From: Dehalococcoidia bacterium
GTDB taxonomy: Bacteria > Chloroflexota > Dehalococcoidia > Lucifugimonadales > Australimonadaceae
DNA: 27,749 nucleotides
Direction of reading: 5' to 3'
Assembly (NCBI GenBank): GCA_963577205.1
Contig: CAUYXS010000001.1
Location: 1-27,749, forward strand
Shown: positions 16,830 to 24,926 of the stretch, piece after piece
Position numbering within the stretch: position 1 is the first letter of the stretch
Layout: every line of letters begins with the position of its first letter
Notes under the pieces: generated by a model
Databases searched by the model: none
What the model was told of the DNA's origin: nothing
The model's input: the letters and a program-made list of their open reading frames with translations, nothing else
Translations under genes and position numbers: made by a program

Positions 16830-18022
16830 CAGTGGGCCTCCATGCGTGTGCCGCCCGAAGGGGTTATTCGCGCCGTTGGCTCCCCTACGCGGCCGAAATG
16901 CGCCAGCGTGGGGATCGCGATCGCCGCCACGGCTACATTGATCGCCGCCATCAGCCACAGGTCGCCAGTGCTCAGTGTTCCCGCGGCATCCGCAAGAGCC
17001 AGCCGCTCGACGGCGAGAGCGACGACGTTGATCAGGCTGATCGGGAACAGGAACTTCCAGGCGAACGCCAATATCTGGTCGGGCCGCAGCCGAGGGAGCG
17101 TGGCGCGGACCCAGGTGGTGACGATGGCGAACCCGCCGACCTTAATCAGCATCCAGAGGTGCGAGGGGAGCACGTCCCATCGCCATCCCTGCAGGAAGAG
17201 CACGGCGAAGAAGGCGCCCGCGACCATGAGTGCCGCGAACTCGGCCAGCATGAATGTCCCGAACTTCATGCCGCTGTACTCGGTCAGGTACCCGGCGACG
17301 ATCTCAGAGTCGGCCTCCGTCACATCGAAGGGGCTGCGGTTCAGCTCGGCCAACGTCGCCGTGAAGAAAACAAACGCACCCAGTGGGGCCACCAGCAGGA
17401 AAGGCACTGACTGCGCCTCGACCGTCGCCACCAGCGACATCGACCCCGCCAGCACCGTCGCGCCCAGCAGCGCCATGACCAACGGCACCTCGTAGCTGAC
17501 CAGCACTGCGGCCGCGCGCATGCTCCCGAAGGTCGAGAACTTGTTGGCCGAGGCGTACCCGGCCATCAGCACGGCGATGGACGCTAGTCCCGAAACCGCC
17601 ACCAAGTAAAGCAGACCGATATTGAGGTCGGCAACGAACGTGTTGCGCCCCAGCGGTAGCACGCCCAACGCCAGCACGACGGACCCCAGCATCACCACGG
17701 GAGCCAGGCTGAAGACGACCCGGTCGCCGGCGCGCGGGATGAGGTCTTCCTTCGTCAGCAGCTTGACCGCGTCGGCGAGGGACTGGAGCAACCCGAAAGG
17801 GCCTGCCCGGTTCGGGCCCAGCCGATTGGTGAAGCGGCCTAGGAGACGGCGCTCCGCCCACGTGTAGCCTGTGGCCAACCCGAGCAGCACGTTCACGGTC
17901 AGCAGTACTAGGGCAAGCGCGGCCGCGGCATAGGCGAGCCATGCCCACTCCGTGCCGAGCCAGTCCACCACGAAGCTGTAGACGGTGCGGTAGATCGTAT
18001 TGTCGGTCAGCACGTCGCCCAC
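16829..18022 (-). CDS. nuoH: NADH-quinone oxidoreductase subunit H
   Basis: ERR..GR...R.GPNRAGPFGLLQSLADAVKLLTKED, NRSPFD..EADSEIVAGY.TEYSG, RATLPRLRPDQ. GTG 18022 overlaps the nuoD TAG; GTG 18013 is an alternative start. Confidence 0.94.
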   Translation of the reverse strand: MGDVLTDNTIYRTVYSFVVDWLGTEWAWLAYAAAALALVLLTVNVLLGLATGYTWAERRLLGRFTNRLGPNRAGPFGLLQSLADAVKLLTKEDLIPRAGDRVVFSLAPVVMLGSVVLALGVLPLGRNTFVADLNIGLLYLVAVSGLASIAVLMAGYASANKFSTFGSMRAAAVLVSYEVPLVMALLGATVLAGSMSLVATVEAQSVPFLLVAPLGAFVFFTATLAELNRSPFDVTEADSEIVAGYLTEYSGMKFGTFMLAEFAALMVAGAFFAVLFLQGWRWDVLPSHLWMLIKVGGFAIVTTWVRATLPRLRPDQILAFAWKFLFPISLINVVALAVERLALADAAGTLSTGDLWLMAAINVAVAAIAIPTLAHFGRVGEPTARITPSGGTRMEAH

Positions 18023-19128
18023 TAGCGGTCTACCTCGCCCATGTTGAAGTCGAGGCTGCCGAGGCTGACGATGATGTCGGCCAGCTTCCAGCCGACGAGC
18101 ATTTCCTTGAACAACGACAAGTTGATGAGGGACGGCGAGCGAATCTTGCACCGGTAGGGCGCGATGCTCCCGTCGCTGACAAGATAGAAGCCGAGCTCGC
18201 CCTTAGGCGCCTCGATGGGGACGTATGCCTCGCCGGGCGGCGGGCGGAACAGCATCGACATCGTGGAGCGTACAGGCCCGGCTTCGATCTGCCGGTAACA
18301 CTGCTCGATGATGCGAAGCGACTGCCGTACCTCCTCCATGCGCACCCAGAAGCGATCGAAGTTATCGCCGCCGGTCGCTGTGACGACGTCGAAGTCAACA
18401 CGGTCGTAGGCGTCGTAGGGCGCGGTCTTGCGGATGTCCCAGGGCACACCGCAAGCGCGGAGCACAGGGCCCGTGATCGACGCGTTGATGGCCTGCTCTG
18501 CGGTGATGACGCTGACATTCTTGGACCGGGCAAGCACGATCTCGTTGGGGAAAATGAGATCGTAGAGTTCGTCCGCGTAGCCGGGCATGTCATCCAGAAA
18601 GCGCCTGAGCGCGGGCCAGAACTCGTCCGGCGCGTCCTGGAAGACGCCGCCGATGCGCATGTAGGACACGGTGATACGAGCGCCGCAGAGCATCTCGAAC
18701 ATGTCAAGGATGCGCTCGCGCTCGCGGAAGCAGTACATCAGCGCGGTGCCGCCGAACCCGCCAAGTTCGGCCAGGAAAAACCCAACGCCAACGAGGTGGC
18801 TGGCAATGCGCTGGAGCTCGGCGGCGATGGTGCGGAGGTAGAGGCCCCGCTCGGGGACCGCTAGGCCGACGAGCCGCTCGCAGGAGAGCACGTAGGCCTG
18901 GTTGTTGGTCATAGACGCCACGTAGTCCAGGCGGTCAGTAAGTGTGATGATCTGGGTGTACTGGCGCTCCTCGGCCAGCTTCTCGGTGCCGCGATGGAGA
19001 TAGCCGATGACCGGCTCGACGTCCTGCACGTTCTCACCGTCGAAGGTGACACGCATGCGGAAAACGCCATGCGTGCTCGGGTGGTGCGGCCCAATGTTGA
19101 CCGTTACCGGCTCGGTGTGCAGCGTCAT
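18022..19128 (-). CDS. nuoD: NADH-quinone oxidoreductase subunit D
   Basis: NIGPHHPSTHG, GYLHRG.EK, DRLDY, ELQRIASHL, EAPKGELG, C-terminal GEVDR. No Ni-binding CxxC motifs. Confidence 0.96.
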   Translation of the reverse strand: MTLHTEPVTVNIGPHHPSTHGVFRMRVTFDGENVQDVEPVIGYLHRGTEKLAEERQYTQIITLTDRLDYVASMTNNQAYVLSCERLVGLAVPERGLYLRTIAAELQRIASHLVGVGFFLAELGGFGGTALMYCFRERERILDMFEMLCGARITVSYMRIGGVFQDAPDEFWPALRRFLDDMPGYADELYDLIFPNEIVLARSKNVSVITAEQAINASITGPVLRACGVPWDIRKTAPYDAYDRVDFDVVTATGGDNFDRFWVRMEEVRQSLRIIEQCYRQIEAGPVRSTMSMLFRPPPGEAYVPIEAPKGELGFYLVSDGSIAPYRCKIRSPSLINLSLFKEMLVGWKLADIIVSLGSLDFNMGEVDR

Positions 19129-19137
19129 GGCCTGGGC

Positions 19138-19614
19138 TTACCCACCGTGTGGCCACTTATAAGGGAGCGGGGGCTCTAAGTAGTCGCGCCGGAGCGGGTG
19201 GCCCTCGAAGCCCTCCCAAAGCAGCAGGCGCCTCAGGTCGGGATGACCCTCGAAGGCGACTCCCATCAGGTCGTAGACCTCTCGCTCCTGGATCTCTGCG
19301 CCCTTCCAGACTGAGACGACAGAAGGCACCTCCGGTGTGTCCCGGCCGTAGACTTTGGCCTTCAGCACCGCCGTCGTGTTCCGCTCGATGGAAGTGAGAT
19401 GGTAAATCATCTCGAAATACTCGACGTAGTCCACCGCCGTGATGGCGTTGAGCAGTTTGTAGTCGCTTGCTGGCTCGTCCCTGAGGTAGGCACACACGTC
19501 ACGGATCGACTCGGGAGTCACCCGCGCAGCGAGCTCATCGGAACCGACGACGGCGGCGCCAAAGGGCGCGCGGAGCGCGTCCGCCAGCGCATGGCCCGAT
19601 GTGGCGCTGGACAC
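19138..19614 (-). CDS. nuoC: NADH-quinone oxidoreductase subunit C
   Basis: ITAVDY, PSVVSVWKGA..QEREVYDLMGV.FEGHPDLRRLLL..GFEGHPLRRDY. GTG 19614 lies just after the nuoB TAA. The track start at 20025 is an overextension. Confidence 0.94.
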   Translation of the reverse strand: MSSATSGHALADALRAPFGAAVVGSDELAARVTPESIRDVCAYLRDEPASDYKLLNAITAVDYVEYFEMIYHLTSIERNTTAVLKAKVYGRDTPEVPSVVSVWKGAEIQEREVYDLMGVAFEGHPDLRRLLLWEGFEGHPLRRDYLEPPLPYKWPHGG

Positions 19615-19616
19615 GC

Positions 19617-20255
19617 TTACGATCCCGCGGGCTGGCGACCCAGCTGGTACTTCTTGATCTTCTCGTGCAATTGCATGATGCCGTACAGCAGTGCGTCGGG
19701 ACGGGGCGGGCACCCTGGCACGTAGACATCCACGGGCATGATGTGGTTCACGCCGGGGACGACGCTGTAGCCCTGGTAGTAGGGCCCGCCAGAGGTCGCG
19801 CACACGCCCATGGCGATCACCCACTTGGGCTCCGCCATCTGGTCGTAGATGCGGCGCACGGCGGGCGCCATCTTCCAGGTCAGCGTGCCAGAGACGATGA
19901 GGAGGTCGGCCTGGCGAGGCGATGCGCGCATCGCCTCCATACCAAAGCGAGCCAGGTCGAAGCGACCCATCGCGGAGGCCAGCATCTCGAATACGCAGCA
20001 CGCAAGACCGAAGGCGACAGGCCACGTGGCCGACCGCCGACTCCAGTTGAGCAGCGCGTCCATCGAGGTGACGGCAACATTGCCGCGGTAGTCGTCAGGA
20101 ACCTGTATGAGGGGCTCGGGGAAGGCCTCTTGGGCAGACCACTTCAGGCCCTCGATGGTGGCGCCCTCTATGCGGTCAAGGTCCCAGCCGTCGACAGCCG
20201 GTATCTCCTGCCCGTAGGCCGACCGAATATCGGCATCGTTGGACGGCGATTCCAC
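19617..20255 (-). CDS. nuoB: NADH-quinone oxidoreductase subunit B (N2 cluster), N-terminally extended
   Basis: [59 protein letters not shown] 8 nt before the GTG. Confidence 0.96.
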   Translation of the reverse strand: MESPSNDADIRSAYGQEIPAVDGWDLDRIEGATIEGLKWSAQEAFPEPLIQVPDDYRGNVAVTSMDALLNWSRRSATWPVAFGLACCVFEMLASAMGRFDLARFGMEAMRASPRQADLLIVSGTLTWKMAPAVRRIYDQMAEPKWVIAMGVCATSGGPYYQGYSVVPGVNHIMPVDVYVPGCPPRPDALLYGIMQLHEKIKKYQLGRQPAGS

Positions 20256-20327
20256 GCTGGGCGCCTCCTGAGTGGCTGGCGAGCGAGCCGTCCGTTGCCT
20301 GCTGGAACGCCCTCACCAACCGGCGCG

Positions 20328-20356
20328 AGCATAGCACACGGGGGTATACGTGAAAA
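20328..20356 (-). promoter_or_regulatory. Sigma70-type promoter of the nuoB-N operon
   Basis: Minus strand: TTTTCA - 17 nt - TATGCT, with an extended TG (TGcTATGCT). Confidence 0.6.
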
Positions 20357-20478
20357 GTCGCACAAGCAGAGCGCTACTCGGACCAACTCGCTGTCGCATC
20401 GCAGGGCTGCGGGATGCCGATGGAGGCGATTCGCCGACGGCATGCGCGCAAGCCGCTGGTAAGCCAGGAGCACCGCTG

Positions 20479-20493
20479 TGCTACCCTCGCGCC
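20479..20493 (+). promoter_or_regulatory. Extended -10 (TGcTACCCT) 6 nt before the translin ATG (leaderless layout)
   Basis: TG-c-TACCCT-cgcgcc-ATG, with no SD at the normal spacing. Confidence 0.6.
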
Positions 20494-21129
20494 ATGCCTG
20501 ATTACGAAGACCGCCTGAACGAGATCACCGCGGCCGCCATCGCCGAACTGACCAAGAAGCACGCGGCCCGCGAGGTCGCCATCCAGGCCTCCCGTGAAAT
20601 TATCCGGCTGTCCGCCAATGCCATCCGCGCTGTCCACCGGCAGGAGATGGCCGAGGCGAGCAAAATGGCCGAGGGCGCCGGGGCGAAAGTCACGGAAGTG
20701 CGAGACCTCGTCCGAGAGGAGTACCCGGACTTGTACTACACGGGTTACACACAGGATGCGCAGAAAGAGTACGCGGAGGCACGCCTCTGTTACGCGTTCA
20801 TCGCCGACAGTGAACTGCCGACGCCTGGTGACATTGGCGTCGAGGTGGCGCCCTACCTCAACGGCATGGCGGAAGCGGCAAGCGAGCTGCGCCGCTTCAT
20901 CCTCGACTCGCTGCGTCGCGACGACGACTCGCGGTCCGAGGAGCTCATGGGCAAAATGGACGATGCCTACAACATGATGGTCGGCATTGACTTCCCCGAC
21001 GCGCTGACCGGCGGGCTGCGGCGCACGACCGACCAGCTGCGCGGCGTGTTGGAGCGCACGCGGGGCGACCTGACGATGGCGATGCGGCAGCGGCGCCTTG
21101 AGCGCATGCTCGCCGCACGCGAGGGCTGA
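20494..21129 (+). CDS. Translin/TRAX (C3PO-type) family protein, 211 aa
   Basis: All-helical pattern with RE......R.I.R.S..AI..VHR, AQKEYAEA, LPTP..IGV...YLNGMAEAASELRR and LRR..D.LRGVLERTRGD, matching archaeal translin/TRAX motifs as I know them. ATG 20494 is favoured over the track start at 20350. Confidence 0.85.
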   Translation: MPDYEDRLNEITAAAIAELTKKHAAREVAIQASREIIRLSANAIRAVHRQEMAEASKMAEGAGAKVTEVRDLVREEYPDLYYTGYTQDAQKEYAEARLCYAFIADSELPTPGDIGVEVAPYLNGMAEAASELRRFILDSLRRDDDSRSEELMGKMDDAYNMMVGIDFPDALTGGLRRTTDQLRGVLERTRGDLTMAMRQRRLERMLAAREG

Positions 21130-21353
21130 GGCCTAAGGCATGGGCGTGCGTTTCGCTCGCTCGCTGCACGGCCATCAAGGACAGGCCTCCTGGTGATGTC
21201 TGGGCGTTGGCGGGCTTGAGCGTAGCCACCTTAACCGACATGGCGGACCTGCCCGGCTTGCTGGGCCTATGCTGAGTTGCGTATCCGAATTACCCAGGCC
21301 CGTAGCGGGAGCGAGTCCGGTTGCGAATTCCGTAATAGCCGTGTAAATTCTCC

Positions 21354-21403
21354 GCTATAAGGGTCTTATTGCTACGTAAATGGCTCCGGCGGTAGCCGGA
21401 GCC
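21354..21403 (+). promoter_or_regulatory. AT-rich inverted repeat plus GC hairpin upstream of hppA
   Basis: GCTATAAG-ggt-CTTATTGC (21354-21372, one mismatch); GGCTCCGGC-ggta-GCCGGAGCC (21382-21403); SD GGAGG at 21413-21417. Confidence 0.4.
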
Positions 21404-21425
21404 CGACTTCTGGGAGGATTCATTC

Positions 21426-23480
21426 ATGACTGGCCTTTACCTAGCCTTGGGCGCTGGCGGGCTTGCGTTGTTCTTCGCGGCCTACCTGGCACAGCGCGTG
21501 CTTAGCGCAGACTCGGGCAACGAGCGCATGCAGGAAATCGGCGCGGCGATTCATGAAGGCGCCAACGCTTTCCTTCGCCGCGAGTACTCCGTGCTCCTAG
21601 TGTTCGTTCTTGTCGTCTTCGGTATCCTGCTTGCGCTTGGACTGAGCCGTGACGAGCAGCAATGGGAGACGTCCATTGCCTACCTCGTCGGCGCCTTCTC
21701 CTCAGGCCTCACTGGGCTGATTGGCATGCGCATCGCCGTTGGGGCGAATATGCGAACTGCCGCCGCTGCCATCCGCGGGATCAACCCCGCGCTGCGCGTG
21801 GCCTTCTCGTCGGGCGGGGTCATGGGTATCAGCGTCGTGGGCATAGGCATTATCGGTGCAGCTGCCCTCTGGTTGATTTTCGAGGACCCGCAGATTGTGG
21901 CCGGCTTCAGCTTCGGAGCTTCATCCATCGCACTGTTTGCGCGCGTGGGTGGCGGTATATACACCAAAGCTGCCGACGTCGGTGGCGACCTCGCTGGCAA
22001 GGTAGAGGCCGGGATTCCGGAGGATGACCCCCGCAACGCTGCGGTCATCGCCGACAACGTCGGCGACAACGTTGGCGACGTTGCCGGCATGGGCGCCGAC
22101 CTCTTCGAATCGTACGTAGGCTCCATCATCGCGACGCTTGCCCTGGCCGGCACCGCGTCGTTCTTAGCCACCAGCGGCGTCGCCGGGGCCGGAGCCCCGG
22201 CGTTCGTCCTCCCGTTCCTGATCGCGGGCGGCGGCATCGTCGCCTCGATCCTCGGCACCTTCCTCGTCCGCACCGGCGAATCCACCAACATCGGCAGCCT
22301 GCTGTGGGCGTTGCGGCGCGGCACCTTCGCCGCGGCGCTGCTCGGGTTAGGGTTCGCCTTCCTGTCGACGTGGTGGCTCTTCACCATCCAGAACGACTTG
22401 CCCATGGAGGCAGTGTGGAAGGTCATGGGCGCTGTCGGCATTGGCCTGGCCGCCGGCGGCATCATTGGCTTGAGCACTGAGTACTACACCTCGTATGAGT
22501 ACAAGCCGACGCGGGGCATCGCGGCGCGGTCAGCCACAGGGCCGGCCACGGTCATCATCAGTGGTTTTGCCACCGGAATGCTGAGCACGGTTATTCCACT
22601 GATCGTCATCGGCGCAGCGGTCCTGGGGGCTTATGAGTTCGCGGGCGTATACGGCATCGCCATTGCCGCGGTGGGTATGCTCTCGACCCTTGGCATCACG
22701 CTGGCGACTGACGCCTATGGCCCAGTCGCCGACAACGCCGGCGCCATCGCCGAGCAGGCGCACCTCGATCCGGAGGTGCGCGAGCGAACGGACGCGCTGG
22801 ACTCGCTGGGCAACACAACCGCGGCGAGCGGCAAGGGCTTCGCCATCGGCTCGGCGGTCTTGACCTCCCTTGCCTTGATGGCGGCGTACGCGACGATTGT
22901 CGACCTCGAGGTCATCGACCTGCTCCAGCCGTCTACGCTCGTCGGCCTGTTGTTGGGTGCGCTGATGCCGTTCATTTTCAGTGCGCTGACCATGGAGGCG
23001 GTGGGCAACGCGGCCCAGGACATGGTGGAAGAGGTCAGGCGGCAGTTCCGCGAGATACCGGGCCTTCGTGAAGGCGCCCCGGGCGTGCGCGCTGAGTACG
23101 CGAAGTGCGTGGAGATCAGCACCAACGGTGCGCTGCGCGAGATGATCGTGCCGGGCCTGCTCGCAGTGGTCGTCCCCATCGTCGTCGGCGTGACCCCGTT
23201 CCTAGGCGCAGAGGCGGTTGGCGGCCTGCTCATCGGCGCGATCAGCACGGGCTCGCTCTTGGCCATCACCATGGCCAATGCGGGCGGTGCATGGGACAAC
23301 GCTAAGAAGTACGTCGAGGCCGGAAATCTTGGCGGTAAGGGCACAGAAGCGCACAAGGCCGTGGTGGTGGGCGACACGGTCGGAGACCCATTTAAGGACA
23401 CCTCCGGCCCGGCGCTGAACATCCTCATCAAACTCATGGCCATCGTCGCCGTCGTCTTCGGCAGCGGCTTCGCGACCTAG
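21426..23480 (+). CDS. hppA: Membrane-bound pyrophosphatase, predicted K+-activated and Na+-translocating
   Basis: GGGIYTKAADVGGDLAGKVEAGIPEDDPRN, DNVGDNVGDVAGMGADLFESY, DAYGPVADNAG, GNTTAA, GGAWDNAKKY, GDTVGDPFKDTSGP. Confidence 0.96.
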   Translation: MTGLYLALGAGGLALFFAAYLAQRVLSADSGNERMQEIGAAIHEGANAFLRREYSVLLVFVLVVFGILLALGLSRDEQQWETSIAYLVGAFSSGLTGLIGMRIAVGANMRTAAAAIRGINPALRVAFSSGGVMGISVVGIGIIGAAALWLIFEDPQIVAGFSFGASSIALFARVGGGIYTKAADVGGDLAGKVEAGIPEDDPRNAAVIADNVGDNVGDVAGMGADLFESYVGSIIATLALAGTASFLATSGVAGAGAPAFVLPFLIAGGGIVASILGTFLVRTGESTNIGSLLWALRRGTFAAALLGLGFAFLSTWWLFTIQNDLPMEAVWKVMGAVGIGLAAGGIIGLSTEYYTSYEYKPTRGIAARSATGPATVIISGFATGMLSTVIPLIVIGAAVLGAYEFAGVYGIAIAAVGMLSTLGITLATDAYGPVADNAGAIAEQAHLDPEVRERTDALDSLGNTTAASGKGFAIGSAVLTSLALMAAYATIVDLEVIDLLQPSTLVGLLLGALMPFIFSALTMEAVGNAAQDMVEEVRRQFREIPGLREGAPGVRAEYAKCVEISTNGALREMIVPGLLAVVVPIVVGVTPFLGAEAVGGLLIGAISTGSLLAITMANAGGAWDNAKKYVEAGNLGGKGTEAHKAVVVGDTVGDPFKDTSGPALNILIKLMAIVAVVFGSGFAT

Positions 23481-23497
23481 TCGGGCGGTGCTGTTTC

Positions 23498-23527
23498 AGC
23501 GGGCTCAGCGCATGCGCTGAGCCCGCT
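23498..23527. repeat. Perfect 30-bp palindrome 17 bp after the hppA stop; possible terminator
   Basis: agcgggctcagcgcatgcgctgagcccgct equals its reverse complement. Confidence 0.65.
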
Positions 23528-23621
23528 CGCTGCCGCTCTTCGTGGCGCGAGGGACGAGCGCGTCGGCTTCGAAGGGCAGCCCTGGTCCATAGGCGATTAG
23601 TTCAAGCAACGGGAGTGCCAA

Positions 23622-24422
23622 GTGGACCTACAGTTGGGAAGTAAGCGTGCCCTCGTTACGGGGGCCAGCCGCGGCATAGGCAAGGCCATCGCTATGGAGT
23701 TGGCCCGCGAGGGCGCCAGCGTTGTCATCTGCTCGCGCAACCGTGAGCAAATAGAGGCAACGACATCCGAGATCGCGGCCGAAACCGGGGCTACGGTCGT
23801 GGGCTTTGTTGCCGATACGAGCGATGGCGATGCTATCAAGCGGCTCGTTGCTGATTGCGTCGGTACCCTCGGCGGCCTCGATATTCTGGTCAATAACGCC
23901 GCCCGTGTTTCGGGCGGCGCCACGCCCGACTCGCTGCTCGGCGGCACCGACGAGCTGCTGCGGGGTGACTTCGAGACCAAGATGCTGGGTTACGTGCGCT
24001 GCGCCCGCGAGGCCGCGCCACACATGCTCACCGCTGGCTGGGGGCGCATCATCAACGTCAGCGGCATGGCCGCGCGCGGAGGTGGCTCCGTCAGCGCCGG
24101 CATGCGCAACATCTCCCTTGTGAGCCTGTCCTCCTCCTTAGCGCAAGAACTCGGTCCCCACGGCGTCTCGGTCAACACCGTCCTTCCTGGCGCCGTTCTA
24201 ACGGAAGACCGGCCCGCGCGGCTACGGGCGCTCGCGGAGAGGCAGGGCACGACAGCGGAAGTGCTGGACCGCACCGACGCGCAGCGGAACGCCATCAAAC
24301 GCGTGGTCAGCGCTGCGGAGATCGGGGCGGTTGTCGCGTTCCTGTGTTCCCCGCTGTCGCAGGCCGTCACCGGCGAAGCCATCTCCGTTGGCGGAGGCGG
24401 GAGCCGGGCCATCGTCTACTAA
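23622..24422 (+). CDS. SDR-family NAD(P)-binding oxidoreductase with an atypical active site
   Basis: ALVTGASRGIGKAIA, LDILVNNA, GRIINVS, GVSVNTVLPG, VTGEAI.VGGG. No YxxxK motif. SD GGGAG. Confidence 0.9.
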   Translation: MDLQLGSKRALVTGASRGIGKAIAMELAREGASVVICSRNREQIEATTSEIAAETGATVVGFVADTSDGDAIKRLVADCVGTLGGLDILVNNAARVSGGATPDSLLGGTDELLRGDFETKMLGYVRCAREAAPHMLTAGWGRIINVSGMAARGGGSVSAGMRNISLVSLSSSLAQELGPHGVSVNTVLPGAVLTEDRPARLRALAERQGTTAEVLDRTDAQRNAIKRVVSAAEIGAVVAFLCSPLSQAVTGEAISVGGGGSRAIVY

Positions 24423-24525
24423 GTGACCTAGCGGACCTCGGCGCGCCCGCGAGGAATCTGAAGGGGCCCGCATCGTCGTTCACTTACTGGATTCACGCTT
24501 CCAGACCCAGACGCCGCCCTTTGGC

Positions 24526-24747
24526 CTATCGGTACGGGTATTCACCAAGGCTTCGACCTGCTGGGCGGCAGGTAGAATGAATCGTGTTCTGACTCTGATG
24601 CGAGCCCATCTCGCCGAACAAGATAAGCAAGGCCTGCCCATCGACAAGCCCGCGAAGGACGCTGGAGAATGGGTTCGGATTGCGGGCGCTTGAGCGGCTC
24701 TTTGAGGACGCCGGCAGGTTCTCCATCCGTGCCGTTTCGTAATCCAT
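24526..24747 (-). CDS. Hypothetical small protein (73 aa as read; possibly frameshifted, extending to 24480)
   Basis: Strong SD GAGGAGG 7 nt before ATG 24747 and GC-rich third positions over the first ~50 codons. No recognisable family. Confidence 0.35.
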   Translation of the reverse strand: MDYETARMENLPASSKSRSSARNPNPFSSVLRGLVDGQALLILFGEMGSHQSQNTIHSTCRPAGRSLGEYPYR

Positions 24748-24926
24748 GGCTCATCCTCCTCGGGTTTCCCTGGTTGAGTGCGTAGCGGTGCGTCACCAGG
24801 CGCTGCGGTCCGTAGTTCCGCTCAGGGTGTCGTAACTGGGTCCCGCCATTTCCTCGGCACCTGATCACAGTAAGTGCAGGGCGCACGCGCCATCCGCTAT
24901 CCTTCGCGCCGGAGACGGAGACGAAC

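Noticed and set aside
18022-19128. Possibility that the operon encodes a group 4 [NiFe] hydrogenase or formate hydrogenlyase
   Set aside because: The large subunit has no N- or C-terminal CxxC Ni ligands and ends in GEVDR, with the quinone-site His and Tyr motifs retained.
16314-20462. Long antisense ORFs (16314-17495, 17941-18864, 19599-20462 and many similar ones across the window)
   Set aside because: They are shadows of real genes in high-GC DNA, with no family motifs and no start signals.
24577-24693. Plus-strand 38-aa ORF MNRVLTLMRAHLAEQDKQGLPIDKPAKDAGEWVRIAGA
   Set aside because: It is antisense to the better-supported SD-led minus-strand ORF, has a weak SD and only middling third-position GC.
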